This document shows positions 35,670-44,620 of a stretch of 45,569 bases of DNA, in pieces. Position numbers and translations under genes: made by a program. Numbering within the stretch: position 1 is the first letter of the stretch; every line of letters starts with the position of its first letter. The notes under the pieces were generated by a model. That model was given only the letters and a program-made list of their open reading frames with translations, made no database searches and was not told the origin of the DNA. Source of the stretch: a virus (Duplodnaviria > Caudoviricetes); the IMG/VR virus record IMGVR_UViG_3300027640_000003, positions 1 through 45,569 of that record; one strand, given 5' to 3'.

Positions 35670-35989
35670 GAGCGACTATCCTTTCAGAAACAAGGTGCGT
35701 AAGGGTCTAGTCTCCCTTCTTGTACCCCCACTTGCAACGGTAGCAGGTCCCCAAGATACGTACTTTTTTTGACCGCTGGGGAACAGGACGGTCAGCTTTC
35801 GCGGTCCTTTCGATATTCAGTCCAGGTCCAGTTCGATGGCGACGGTGTAGCAGTCGTCGCCGCGGAAGTGCGGACCGCTGAAATAGTGGTGCTCAGGTCC
35901 ACTGCCCAGACGCACTCCAGGCGTGCGTTTCAGGGAAGGAGGAAACGCTGCGTCCGCCCAGGCTACTTGGCTTCCATCCGCGCGAGGCT

Positions 35990-36286
35990 TTAGTTCGCCC
36001 CCCCCAACCGCCCCCACCAGCGGCTGGCGGCCCGTCCGAAGTCGTTGAGCCTCCGCTGTCGACTGCGACATCTGCAGCGAGGCGGCAGTCCGAGCCAGGC
36101 CTTGAGCCGCTTGTACCGCTTAGGCGTGATCCCCACCGTGTGAAGCACTGCGGCAACCCAGTCGCCCAGGCCGAACTCCGGCACCAGCTGCACGAACCCG
36201 CAGCGGCAATGCACGGGGAATCGATCGGCACGGACCTCCGCCGCGGCGCGGCAAATCGGGCACATCCATACAACGCTGAAAGCCAT
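35990..36286 (-). CDS. Small Cys-rich phage protein (GLGD...CxC..R...LN family)
   Basis: GLGDWVAAVLHTVGI...CRCRSRQRRLN; last gene of the tail operon. Confidence 0.7.
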   Translation of the reverse strand: MAFSVVWMCPICRAAAEVRADRFPVHCRCGFVQLVPEFGLGDWVAAVLHTVGITPKRYKRLKAWLGLPPRCRCRSRQRRLNDFGRAASRWWGRLGGAN

Positions 36287-36849
36287 TAATAGACACACGC
36301 AATTGTTGAAACTTCGGCGATCGCCGACGAGTTAAAGCACGACACGCCCGAGTCGGGAATGCCGATTGTTCGCGACAGATAGGCCACTGAGTAATCCTCA
36401 AGATCGAGGCAATTCATGCTCCCGACGGAGGCGTTTTCCCAGATATACCGGTTAACGTTGAATCCTTTTTTCTGCGTCAGGATGACGCGGAAGTAATCCG
36501 CAGAAAAATTGATCCCATAGTGCACCGCCACGTACAGAGTGTCGACGGAGCATGCTGTCGGCGATGAGTCCGTGAACAGCCACTCGCAGTATCCGAGCCC
36601 GGTTAATGTCGGCACCCCAGTGATGTAGGTTCCGTCGTAACTCTCACAGTCCGTGCAGCTGTCGTCGGCCATGCCAGAGATGTAAATCGAAAAGCACGCG
36701 GCATTTTTTCCGCTGCCTGAGCAGATTCCATAACACTCCTCGGTCGGAGTGATTCCGCCTTCGCCTCCGCAGCACGGAAACCACAACACTGCGAGCAGTC
36801 CAATCCACAGCCAGAACAACATGACAGTGGCTCCTACGGGGTTGGACAT
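36286..36849 (-). CDS. Cys-rich protein with hydrophobic N-terminus, tail-tip region
   Basis: MLFWLWIGLLAVLWFPCCGG plus about 12 Cys; start may be 36822. Confidence 0.65.
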   Translation of the reverse strand: MSNPVGATVMLFWLWIGLLAVLWFPCCGGEGGITPTEECYGICSGSGKNAACFSIYISGMADDSCTDCESYDGTYITGVPTLTGLGYCEWLFTDSSPTACSVDTLYVAVHYGINFSADYFRVILTQKKGFNVNRYIWENASVGSMNCLDLEDYSVAYLSRTIGIPDSGVSCFNSSAIAEVSTIACVY

Positions 36850-37193
36850 TTGGATTGCATGGGCACGAATCGCCGGGTCCCGTCGACGTCGATCTGTTCG
36901 AAGACGTAGAGCCCTTCTGTGCCGACCAGGACGCTGAACACGTCGAGCGGATCAAAGAGCGACACGTCGACGCCCATGTCCGTCCCACTGATCGATAGCA
37001 GATCGGCCGAGGCCACGTGGGCGGTCGTGGCCCCGAATGCTTCATTGAGCGTGGCCCGCCACAACCTGGCAGTGAGCGGTAGCACGCTGCGCACGCCGGT
37101 CATCCGCCGGATTGTCGCCTCGAGCTGCTCCACCTGGCGTTCCAGGAGAGCAACCCGGCGCCATAACAGCTTGTCAGGAACCGCTAAGCTCAT
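36834..37193 (-). CDS. Hypothetical tail-tip protein
   Basis: Start reassigned to ATG 37193 (ATGA overlap); N-terminal coiled coil RVALLERQVEQLE. Confidence 0.65.
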   Translation of the reverse strand: MSLAVPDKLLWRRVALLERQVEQLEATIRRMTGVRSVLPLTARLWRATLNEAFGATTAHVASADLLSISGTDMGVDVSLFDPLDVFSVLVGTEGLYVFEQIDVDGTRRFVPMQSKCPTP

Positions 37194-39436
37194 CGCCGGA
37201 CCCTCGCTTTCGAGCGGCTGAACATTTTCGGGCTTGGCGGGGCGAGCGTCATCGGATCCAGCTCGCCGGCCCCGGTGGTAAATTGCAGCATCGGCGCCCC
37301 TCGCTGATTCTCCTCCAGCAACGGCCACGCAATCCGTAGCTCACTCACCACGGTGTTGATCGTCTCGTAGCCGTAGATTGGATTGCCGAGTGTGGTGATC
37401 AGATAGCCTGGCTGAATGGCCGACGTGAGCTGCGACGTCGCCATCGTCAATACAATGCGATCCTGAGACCACCACGCGTGCGTGATGCGAGCCAGCGCCC
37501 GCAACAGGTCGGTATCGTCCCGCGCGTAGCCTCCGTTGCTGGTGATCAACGTGCCATCGGCCGCGACGTCCAGCACGGTCGTGGGCACCACATAGTCCTG
37601 CCGAAACGAATCGCCCGCAAATACCACGAAGCCGAACTTGGCGTCGATCAGGCTCGAATCGCCCCAGCTGGAGTCCTCCGGATACTTGCCCTCGGCATAA
37701 CGGTTGTCGCGCAGCGTGGCGGTAATCAACATCTTCTTCGACTTATAGTCGAAATCGCCGAGGTCGCGATCGACGCCTGCCAGTTTCGTGAAGTCCGTAG
37801 CGGCGATTACATGTTGCTGCTCGCCCGACACGCACACTTCGAGCGTACGAGTGTCCGGCTGCGTGCGAATCGAGGCAGACCAGCGGAAGTTCTTGCCGTC
37901 GCCGGCCGCGTCGCCGGTCGCTTCCGCCAAGGTAGCCACGGCGTTACCCGGTACCCATCGGCTGTCCGTCGGGATCTTAAACACCACCAGCGGCTGGCGG
38001 TAGACAGAGACGGGCGGATCAGCCACCGTCCCGTCCTCGATCTTCGAACCGCTGTAATCGGTGTGCTCGTAGAGCGGCAGATACGATTCAAAAACTACGT
38101 CGTGGATGTACTGCCGGACAGGGTAATAGGGAGTCTCGCCGGGGAACACGACATGCACCGCGACGTCCTCGGGGGCGGTCGTGGTGCCCGCCCAGGTGTC
38201 TGGCAGCTTGAACCACGAGAACACAGCTGAGAGCGATTCAGCGCTGCGCACCTCGGCGTTGCGTTGTTGCTGCTTGAGCTTGTCCCAGGTGCCGTATCCG
38301 GCCACCCCGCTCGCTGCCGCTTCATAGGCGCTTTGCTCGATCCCCGTCCAGGCGGCGGCGAGATAGGGGGTCGCCACGTGGAATGTCGCCGTGCTCGTCC
38401 TCCTGGCGCCTCGCACGACAACCTGGTCGTACTTGCTCACACGGGACTGTCGCAGGATTGCCGTGGTGCTTTGATTGTCTTCGTAGATGATGCTGATCGG
38501 GCGTTCGTTCGGGAGTAACGCGTCCACCATCTCGATGCCCGTCTCGATCGTCGCACCGTTCCAGGCCACGACACGCAGCTCCACCTCGTTGGGTTCATTC
38601 AGTTCGTCCACTCCCAGGTAGAACCCTCGCAGACGCCTTCGGTCGATCAATCGATTGAGGATCGACAGGACCGTTTGCCCCTCCTGTTCGACCACGGGTT
38701 GGTCAAGTACCGGCAGGAATTTAGCGTCAGCGGTTCTTAACTTGAACGGGACCCGCACCGTGCGGGTCGCGAAGCTCTCCTTGGGGACCGCCCACGACAG
38801 CAGATAATCGACGATGTGGTACGTGCTCCACCACTCGGCCGCCAGGGGATAGCTCGGGTCGTGCGTATCGCGGCCTTCGAAGACGTAGGAGTTGTTGGGA
38901 TCCATCACCAGGTCGCTGCGATTCGCCCGGCCGCCACGATTGAAGACAATCGGCAACTGCACCACGGCCGGCATCGTCTCACCCACGTTCACCCACGATT
39001 CCGACAGGTACTCCGTGTCGAGCAGTTTTTCAAGTCCGTAGCAGTGGAACGTTTGCGTTCCGGTCGCAAGCGGCCCCGCGCCGTATCGAACAACTCCCAC
39101 CGGCTCGTCTTCGACATGGCCGATAATGCCGTACCACGTGTTTGTGTCCCACGTGGCTACGCTGGCCACCCATTCCGTTTGCATCACGACCTTTACGTAC
39201 CAGCCGATCGGATTCACCTTGGGCCACGCGGCGTAGTGGGCAGATCCAGGCTGTTTGATGTAGCCGTAATCCCGCCTGAGTGCGGCCGTGGGCATCGTGG
39301 GAGAGAGACACCACGTTGCTTCGGTGCAGTGGATTTCCGCGTACAGCGTCCAGTCGTTCTGCCACTTCTGCTTGAGATAGACGAACTGTTTGCCGGTCGC
39401 GCGCAGCTGCTTGGTGCCGAAATTGACGATCGTCAT
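37190..39436 (-). CDS. Large tail tip / baseplate hub protein
   Basis: 748 aa, beta-rich, downstream of the tape measure gene; function by synteny. Confidence 0.6.
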   Translation of the reverse strand: MTIVNFGTKQLRATGKQFVYLKQKWQNDWTLYAEIHCTEATWCLSPTMPTAALRRDYGYIKQPGSAHYAAWPKVNPIGWYVKVVMQTEWVASVATWDTNTWYGIIGHVEDEPVGVVRYGAGPLATGTQTFHCYGLEKLLDTEYLSESWVNVGETMPAVVQLPIVFNRGGRANRSDLVMDPNNSYVFEGRDTHDPSYPLAAEWWSTYHIVDYLLSWAVPKESFATRTVRVPFKLRTADAKFLPVLDQPVVEQEGQTVLSILNRLIDRRRLRGFYLGVDELNEPNEVELRVVAWNGATIETGIEMVDALLPNERPISIIYEDNQSTTAILRQSRVSKYDQVVVRGARRTSTATFHVATPYLAAAWTGIEQSAYEAAASGVAGYGTWDKLKQQQRNAEVRSAESLSAVFSWFKLPDTWAGTTTAPEDVAVHVVFPGETPYYPVRQYIHDVVFESYLPLYEHTDYSGSKIEDGTVADPPVSVYRQPLVVFKIPTDSRWVPGNAVATLAEATGDAAGDGKNFRWSASIRTQPDTRTLEVCVSGEQQHVIAATDFTKLAGVDRDLGDFDYKSKKMLITATLRDNRYAEGKYPEDSSWGDSSLIDAKFGFVVFAGDSFRQDYVVPTTVLDVAADGTLITSNGGYARDDTDLLRALARITHAWWSQDRIVLTMATSQLTSAIQPGYLITTLGNPIYGYETINTVVSELRIAWPLLEENQRGAPMLQFTTGAGELDPMTLAPPSPKMFSRSKARVRR

Positions 39437-39849
39437 GGCTTCTCGACGCCGGAATTATTGATGAGAAGTTGCAGGTTGTCCGTTGCACTGGCCACACCCA
39501 GGACCGAGCAGAACGAGGAGCTCGCCAGGTCGGCAGCCGGGCATATCTTCCCGGCATTGACGGACAGGATGTAAATACCCGCCACGGTGAGCGCTGCCCC
39601 CACGTCCAGGTCGCCAAGGGTGCAGATCGAACACGGCTGGCCCGCCGCAGCTCCATTGAGTGCGATGCCCTTGACGGTGGCCTCCAGCAAGGTCCCGCCG
39701 GCGTGAGCCAGTTTCAGGACGTTATCGTTGGCGGTATCGACATAGACGGCATCTCCCGCCGCGATCGCGACCCCGGCGACATACTCAGATTTCGCGAAGG
39801 AACCCGCCACGCCCAGCACATTGGCCGCAGTAATTGCAAGATCAGCCAT
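39433..39849 (-). CDS. Virion structural protein with a capsid-cement-like fold
   Basis: AGVAIAAGDAVY...GIALNGAAAGQ resembles 8480..8854. Confidence 0.6.
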   Translation of the reverse strand: MADLAITAANVLGVAGSFAKSEYVAGVAIAAGDAVYVDTANDNVLKLAHAGGTLLEATVKGIALNGAAAGQPCSICTLGDLDVGAALTVAGIYILSVNAGKICPAADLASSSFCSVLGVASATDNLQLLINNSGVEKP

Positions 39850-39850
39850 G

Positions 39851-40258
39851 TCAGACTTCCTGTGGTGTAAGTGTAAATCGCGTCTTCAGCTCCGCGCCGC
39901 CGACGTAATCGTAATTAGGGCCAATAAGCCGCGGCATCACCTTGAGGGACACCTGCTCGATCGCCTCGACGTTGTACATCACGCCCCAACTGCCCGACCA
40001 GTTCGTGTCTCCCCAGTCGATGTACATCGGCCCCATGCCGATCAGCCCCCTGATCGCCCGCAATCGGTCAACCGCCATCTCCAGCGACTCGTGATGCGAG
40101 GTCAGCACCACGTCGAACGTATCCCCCCAGACTCCCAGGATCTGATGAGCAACACCGTTGACGCCCGGGCGGTGCGTCACTGCGACCTTGCGAGTTGGGA
40201 AGCCTGGCGGTGGACCGTGCCAGAATTCGAACGTGAACGTGTTGATGTTGACAGACAT
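39851..40258 (-). CDS. Putative distal tail protein
   Basis: 135 aa directly after the tape measure gene; RPGVNG motif. Confidence 0.5.
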   Translation of the reverse strand: MSVNINTFTFEFWHGPPPGFPTRKVAVTHRPGVNGVAHQILGVWGDTFDVVLTSHHESLEMAVDRLRAIRGLIGMGPMYIDWGDTNWSGSWGVMYNVEAIEQVSLKVMPRLIGPNYDYVGGAELKTRFTLTPQEV

Positions 40259-40261
40259 GGC

Positions 40262-41848
40262 TTATTCCGGCATGACAGCGGCGGCGGACCGCTGGCGGTT
40301 ATTGTCCGATGAATCTCTCAGTAGTTGGGCGGATTCCTTCAGCAAGGCTGCAGCGTCACGAATGTCTTGTTGCGTTTCCTCGGAGGCGCGAAATTTGTAA
40401 TCCTCAACAAACTCCTTGTCTCCCTTAAACCAGCGAGCCAAGCCAACAGCCCAGTCCTCTATGGCGGCCCCGCTTCGATCGTCTTTTTTCATCATGCGCG
40501 TCACGGCGTCGTTCTGGACGCTTTGTGCCAGATTACTCCACACGCCAGCCTCGCCGCCGGCAAGGTCTCGCCCGGCTTTGGATCGCTGAAAGGTTCGGGC
40601 CGCAATCATTTGAGGATCGGCGCGGTACGCGGACGTCACGGCACCGAAAGCGTTGCCCTCGTCCGCAACACGAATTTCCTCCATGCTCGTGTGGTAAGCG
40701 CCCATTCCCCGTTTCAGCTGGCGATACCCGCTATAGGCCCGAATGTCGTTTCCTACGATGTCGTAGTCCTTCATTCCTTTTGCTTCGAGTGCGGCGATGT
40801 CAGCCATGTACTGTTCAAGGTTTCGCCCCGGCTGTAGCAGCTTCTTCTTGATTCCCTCGTCGATGCCTTTGAATAAGTTCTTGGCATAGACCCCGCCCTC
40901 TGTCGGACTGCCGAGGGCTTTGGCCTGGACGGCCGTCGCAGCGAGGATCTCTTGCGGAGTCATCCCGACCGAGACGCCCGTAACGGCCGCCTCTGCCCCT
41001 CCGAGGGCGATTCCCGGAATCTCACCAGGAGACTTGCCGGCAGCCCCCAACAGCATGGAGGTGATTCGCGGGAATCCACCCGTCTTCTCCTTGCCGACAT
41101 TCGTCTCGAACGCGGCCGCTCCGACAAGGAGCCCAACAGGGTCCGGTACAGCCCCGGATGCCTTCAGTTCGGCAATTTCTTTGCGGTATTGGTCGTAGCT
41201 GGCGGAAGCGATTTCAAACTGCAGCTTGGCTGCTTCGCCTTCCGTTGCGCCAGCACCTGCCCCGTACGTTGCACGTGCAGCAGCCAGCAGCTCCCGCATC
41301 TTGGTCTTGTCGCCCATCGCGAGCTGGGCAAGCGGGCCGGTCTCGGGCATGCTAGACCGCTGAAGAGTCGCGAACTCTTCCCCCTTCGTCTTGATGTCAC
41401 TAAGAACGCGTGAGGCGCCCGACAGTAGCCCTGTGATACTGACGATGCCGGCTGCATAACTCGAGAGCGCCCCGAGTGCCACTGCCCCAAACGCCTTCTG
41501 GGACGACTGGCCTGCCGTGTCGAACTCTGTCTTTGCTTTACCGACGGCCCGATTGAAGGTTTCCTGGCTGATTTTGCCGGCCTTGAGGGCCTGGTCGAGT
41601 CGCCGCATTTGATCGGCGTATTTTTCGAGCGGCGTGCGGTTGATAGCAGACGTGGCTTTCGCGAATCGATCCAGTTCCTTGGCAGCGGCGGCGGCAGCCT
41701 TTTCCGCATCCTTGCCGCCCTTCTTCGCCTCAGTCGCAAGCTTCTTGTACTTCTCGATCATCTCCTCTTGTTGTTTGATGAGCTTAGCTTGACTCTTGTA
41801 AAGGTCGTTCTCCTTTGAGGTGAACGTAATGTCGACGTTACCACTCAT
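40262..41848 (-). CDS. Tail tape measure protein
   Basis: Ala/Gly-rich and helical; RTPLEKY...GKISQETFNRA motif; follows the frameshifting chaperone. Confidence 0.85.
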   Translation of the reverse strand: MSGNVDITFTSKENDLYKSQAKLIKQQEEMIEKYKKLATEAKKGGKDAEKAAAAAAKELDRFAKATSAINRTPLEKYADQMRRLDQALKAGKISQETFNRAVGKAKTEFDTAGQSSQKAFGAVALGALSSYAAGIVSITGLLSGASRVLSDIKTKGEEFATLQRSSMPETGPLAQLAMGDKTKMRELLAAARATYGAGAGATEGEAAKLQFEIASASYDQYRKEIAELKASGAVPDPVGLLVGAAAFETNVGKEKTGGFPRITSMLLGAAGKSPGEIPGIALGGAEAAVTGVSVGMTPQEILAATAVQAKALGSPTEGGVYAKNLFKGIDEGIKKKLLQPGRNLEQYMADIAALEAKGMKDYDIVGNDIRAYSGYRQLKRGMGAYHTSMEEIRVADEGNAFGAVTSAYRADPQMIAARTFQRSKAGRDLAGGEAGVWSNLAQSVQNDAVTRMMKKDDRSGAAIEDWAVGLARWFKGDKEFVEDYKFRASEETQQDIRDAAALLKESAQLLRDSSDNNRQRSAAAVMPE

Positions 41849-42023
41849 CGCGTCACCTTGATTGGGTACTGATTAATCACGACGGGAGCTGCCAAGTGGG
41901 CCCCGCTGGCAAACGCCTCTAGGTCGGCGACGGTTGGCCTGTAATGTCCATAGCCGCGTCCGGCAGCGACTCGGCTGGCCCATCGATGGAACTGCCAGTA
42001 GCGAGGATGGCTAGTTTTTTTTT
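41845..42023 (-). other. -1 programmed frameshift site and gpGT-like extension
   Basis: GTC AAA AAA AAA CTA (T9 at 42015-42023). The -1 frame stays open to 41845 and ends in an ATGA overlap with the tape measure start. Confidence 0.8.
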
Positions 42024-42728
42024 GACCAGGACCTCCCAGCTGTCCAGGTCGGTGACGATCTGGAGCACGCGGTCCCGGACGGTGTTGTCGTAAACCCCCA
42101 GTAGATCCAACTCGATCGCTGAGACCTTGTAATTGCACTTGAACGCTTCGATCACCAGGTTGTCGACCTCCGAGAAGCGGATTCGCACCATGCCGTTCTC
42201 GTCTGGGATCGCATTAACTTGTGCTTCGATGTACGCCGTGGTGAGCCGCCACAGTTCGCGGTACTTCTTTTTAACTTCGCCGCCGAACCACTGACCGGAC
42301 TCGCCGCGTGTTAGCCTGGCTGGCAGCCCGGGACGATAGAGAATGTCGCCGTCGAGCTCTTCGTAGTGTCGGGCCTTGGGGATCATCCACGCGTGCCCGT
42401 CGTCCAACCGCAGCATGGTGCCGTCAATGATGTTTTCCCGCTGAAGGGTTTCGGGTGTCGGCCGCTTGTCTGGCCACATCCCCACCCAGTAGTCGCAATC
42501 GATCTCCTGCTTCCAGGTTTGGGCCTGCTGGTAGTAGCCGACAAACTGGTCGCAAGGCGAAACAACGACGCCGTTCTGCCCGCCTGGTCCGTTGTAAACC
42601 GGGCAAGGAGTGAACGTCGCTTGCGGGGTTGCGGCCGACTCGGGTTCAAAAACGTACCCGAGGCCGGCCTGTAGCAGATCGTCGAGTTTCACGGTTCGAC
42701 GACCTGGAAAGAAATAGTTGAAGTACAT
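41919..42728 (-). CDS. Tail assembly chaperone (gpG-like)
   Basis: Start ATG 42728 (MYFNYFFPG); contains an A9 slippery run near its 3' end. Confidence 0.7.
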   Translation of the reverse strand: MYFNYFFPGRRTVKLDDLLQAGLGYVFEPESAATPQATFTPCPVYNGPGGQNGVVVSPCDQFVGYYQQAQTWKQEIDCDYWVGMWPDKRPTPETLQRENIIDGTMLRLDDGHAWMIPKARHYEELDGDILYRPGLPARLTRGESGQWFGGEVKKKYRELWRLTTAYIEAQVNAIPDENGMVRIRFSEVDNLVIEAFKCNYKVSAIELDLLGVYDNTVRDRVLQIVTDLDSWEVLVKKKLAILATGSSIDGPAESLPDAAMDITGQPSPT

Positions 42729-42729
42729 G

Positions 42730-43134
42730 TCAGTCCGTTGCCTTTTCCTCTTCGGCAGTGGTGTCCGCCACTTCCTCGACCTGGTCAACCGGGCCGGCCT
42801 GGTCGTCCACTGGTTCGACTGCATCCACCTGCTCATCAGGTTCAGCTATGACAGGAACATCCGCCTGCAGCGCCTCACGCTCTTCCTGGCGTTTGAGGAT
42901 CTGGTCCATGACCACTCCGAGCGTTGCCCGGAACCGATCGCCGACCTCGCGTGTACAGTCCAGCGGAGCGTCACAGGCTGCGAGCGCGTGAATCTCCGCA
43001 TGGGTGCATCGGCCCAGAAAACGCCGGGCGTTGATCCGGCCATGCCCTTCCATTCGCACCAGCACATTCGTTGCGATCTCAAGCGTCGAAGACGCCTCAG
43101 TCTCGAGTTCGATTGCTTCATGTTCGTCTGCCAT
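42730..43134 (-). CDS. Hypothetical acidic protein
   Basis: 134 aa with a GGAGG RBS, between tail tube and chaperone. Confidence 0.7.
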   Translation of the reverse strand: MADEHEAIELETEASSTLEIATNVLVRMEGHGRINARRFLGRCTHAEIHALAACDAPLDCTREVGDRFRATLGVVMDQILKRQEEREALQADVPVIAEPDEQVDAVEPVDDQAGPVDQVEEVADTTAEEEKATD

Positions 43135-43181
43135 CGATTATTGCCTCCGTGAAGATTTCGGTGCGAGCAATCTCGCTAGTC

Positions 43182-44105
43182 TTACGCGATCGCCGACGTC
43201 GTGGTGAAGACGACCGGCATGTTTGTACCGTCAAACTTGGCGGCCATTTTCAAGGAGCACTCGGCAGGATTATCGCTGCCGCCGGTAAACGCGTCCTCGA
43301 TCCAGGCCAGACCGGCCATGGTCCCTTTAATGTGCTCGGCCGTTGCGTTGCCGAGGAACCCGGCTGCAGACTGCGATCGTTTCCGCAAGTAGAACGACGT
43401 ATTCGCATGGGTCGCAGGCTTCCCAGCTCGAGGGATACCTGTCGCGGCGAGCCACTCAAGCTTTACGCCTCGCAGCGTCAGCATGACGAGAACCTCGACA
43501 ACAGAAGAGTGCGTGTCGAACACATCGGAGTCCGCGCCTTCGGTTTTCGCGTTCATTCCGAAGTTAAGCTCGATCGACCGAACTTCATCGATCGCGATCG
43601 CTCCGATCGTGACCGGTCCGATGGAAAATCGCTCATCGTCACTCGGTGCCGTCGGAACAGCCACCGCATCGCTTTCGATGATCGGGTCGTTCGTGCCGTC
43701 CCACGTTGGAAGAACATCATACGCAATCTGCGCGTCGCCCCGATGTTCGCATGTGATCCGGCGGGGAACGACCAAACCCTGCTTAATGTTGAATTTGCGA
43801 TGGTTCGCGCCTGTCGCCCGGCCTCCGCCATCGGCGTGCTTGTAGCCGTAGAGATTCAGTCCGTTGGCCAAATCGGCGATCGAGAGACCGGCGAGCCCAA
43901 CGTTGTTAAGGCAATCGGCGATTGCAAACGATGAGTAGTCGGCGACCGGCTTTTGCGAGACGATCGCGACATGGGTTGGATAGATCGCCCCGCTGGTCGT
44001 GTCCGCGCGATGCTCGCTGCCCATGCGGACGTTGACGGACTCGATCGCCCCAAGGACAACCGGGACCGTATCGGCGAGTTCGACCCCGTATAGATTGTGA
44101 CGCAT
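43182..44105 (-). CDS. Major tail tube protein (putative)
   Basis: Start reassigned to ATG 44105 (GAGG RBS); 307 aa, beta-rich; position before chaperone and tape measure genes. Confidence 0.7.
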   Translation of the reverse strand: MRHNLYGVELADTVPVVLGAIESVNVRMGSEHRADTTSGAIYPTHVAIVSQKPVADYSSFAIADCLNNVGLAGLSIADLANGLNLYGYKHADGGGRATGANHRKFNIKQGLVVPRRITCEHRGDAQIAYDVLPTWDGTNDPIIESDAVAVPTAPSDDERFSIGPVTIGAIAIDEVRSIELNFGMNAKTEGADSDVFDTHSSVVEVLVMLTLRGVKLEWLAATGIPRAGKPATHANTSFYLRKRSQSAAGFLGNATAEHIKGTMAGLAWIEDAFTGGSDNPAECSLKMAAKFDGTNMPVVFTTTSAIA

Positions 44106-44115
44106 GGCTGAACCC

Positions 44116-44616
44116 TCAAATCTTGGTTGTAATGGTTGTGTGAATGTCCCGGTATTTTGCCCGCATGGTCTCGCCGGCAAATAAAACAGCCGAACGTGCC
44201 TCCGGTTGGCTGATAGTCCGGATTTCCTCGTTCATCCGGATCTCGGAATTCGGATGACGGCGATTCAACCCGCGAGCATGTTGGACGAGACGGGCTTTGT
44301 TGCGACTTGCGCGCACGTCGCGGATCTTGGCCAATGTCTCGGAAACACCCGACCAGACCATTGGCCGTTGGTGTCCCTTCTGTTTTTTCTTCTTTCCGGT
44401 GTATGACTTCCAAAAGTCTTTGCCCGACAGCCCTTCCCCTTTGCGTGGCTTGTAACCGTACTCACGACCGCCGGCGATTGTGAAATGCTTCGCCATGTAA
44501 AGGGCATGATGGCGCGCCGCGACCGCCGCCAAGGTTTCGGTGGTGATCCGGTTTCGCTCCCGTCGCATGATGCGGGGGGTCGGCCCGGTTTCACGGATGA
44601 TCAAATGTCCCATCAT
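44116..44616 (-). CDS. Basic neck / tail-completion (virion morphogenesis) protein
   Basis: Start 44616/44613; very Arg/Lys-rich; RPMVWSG motif; synteny. Confidence 0.6.
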   Translation of the reverse strand: MMGHLIIRETGPTPRIMRRERNRITTETLAAVAARHHALYMAKHFTIAGGREYGYKPRKGEGLSGKDFWKSYTGKKKKQKGHQRPMVWSGVSETLAKIRDVRASRNKARLVQHARGLNRRHPNSEIRMNEEIRTISQPEARSAVLFAGETMRAKYRDIHTTITTKI

Positions 44617-44620
44617 GCGA

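Noticed and set aside
35817-36071. 84-aa ORF after the tail operon
   Set aside because: It overlaps the upstream gene, has no RBS and no recognisable motif.
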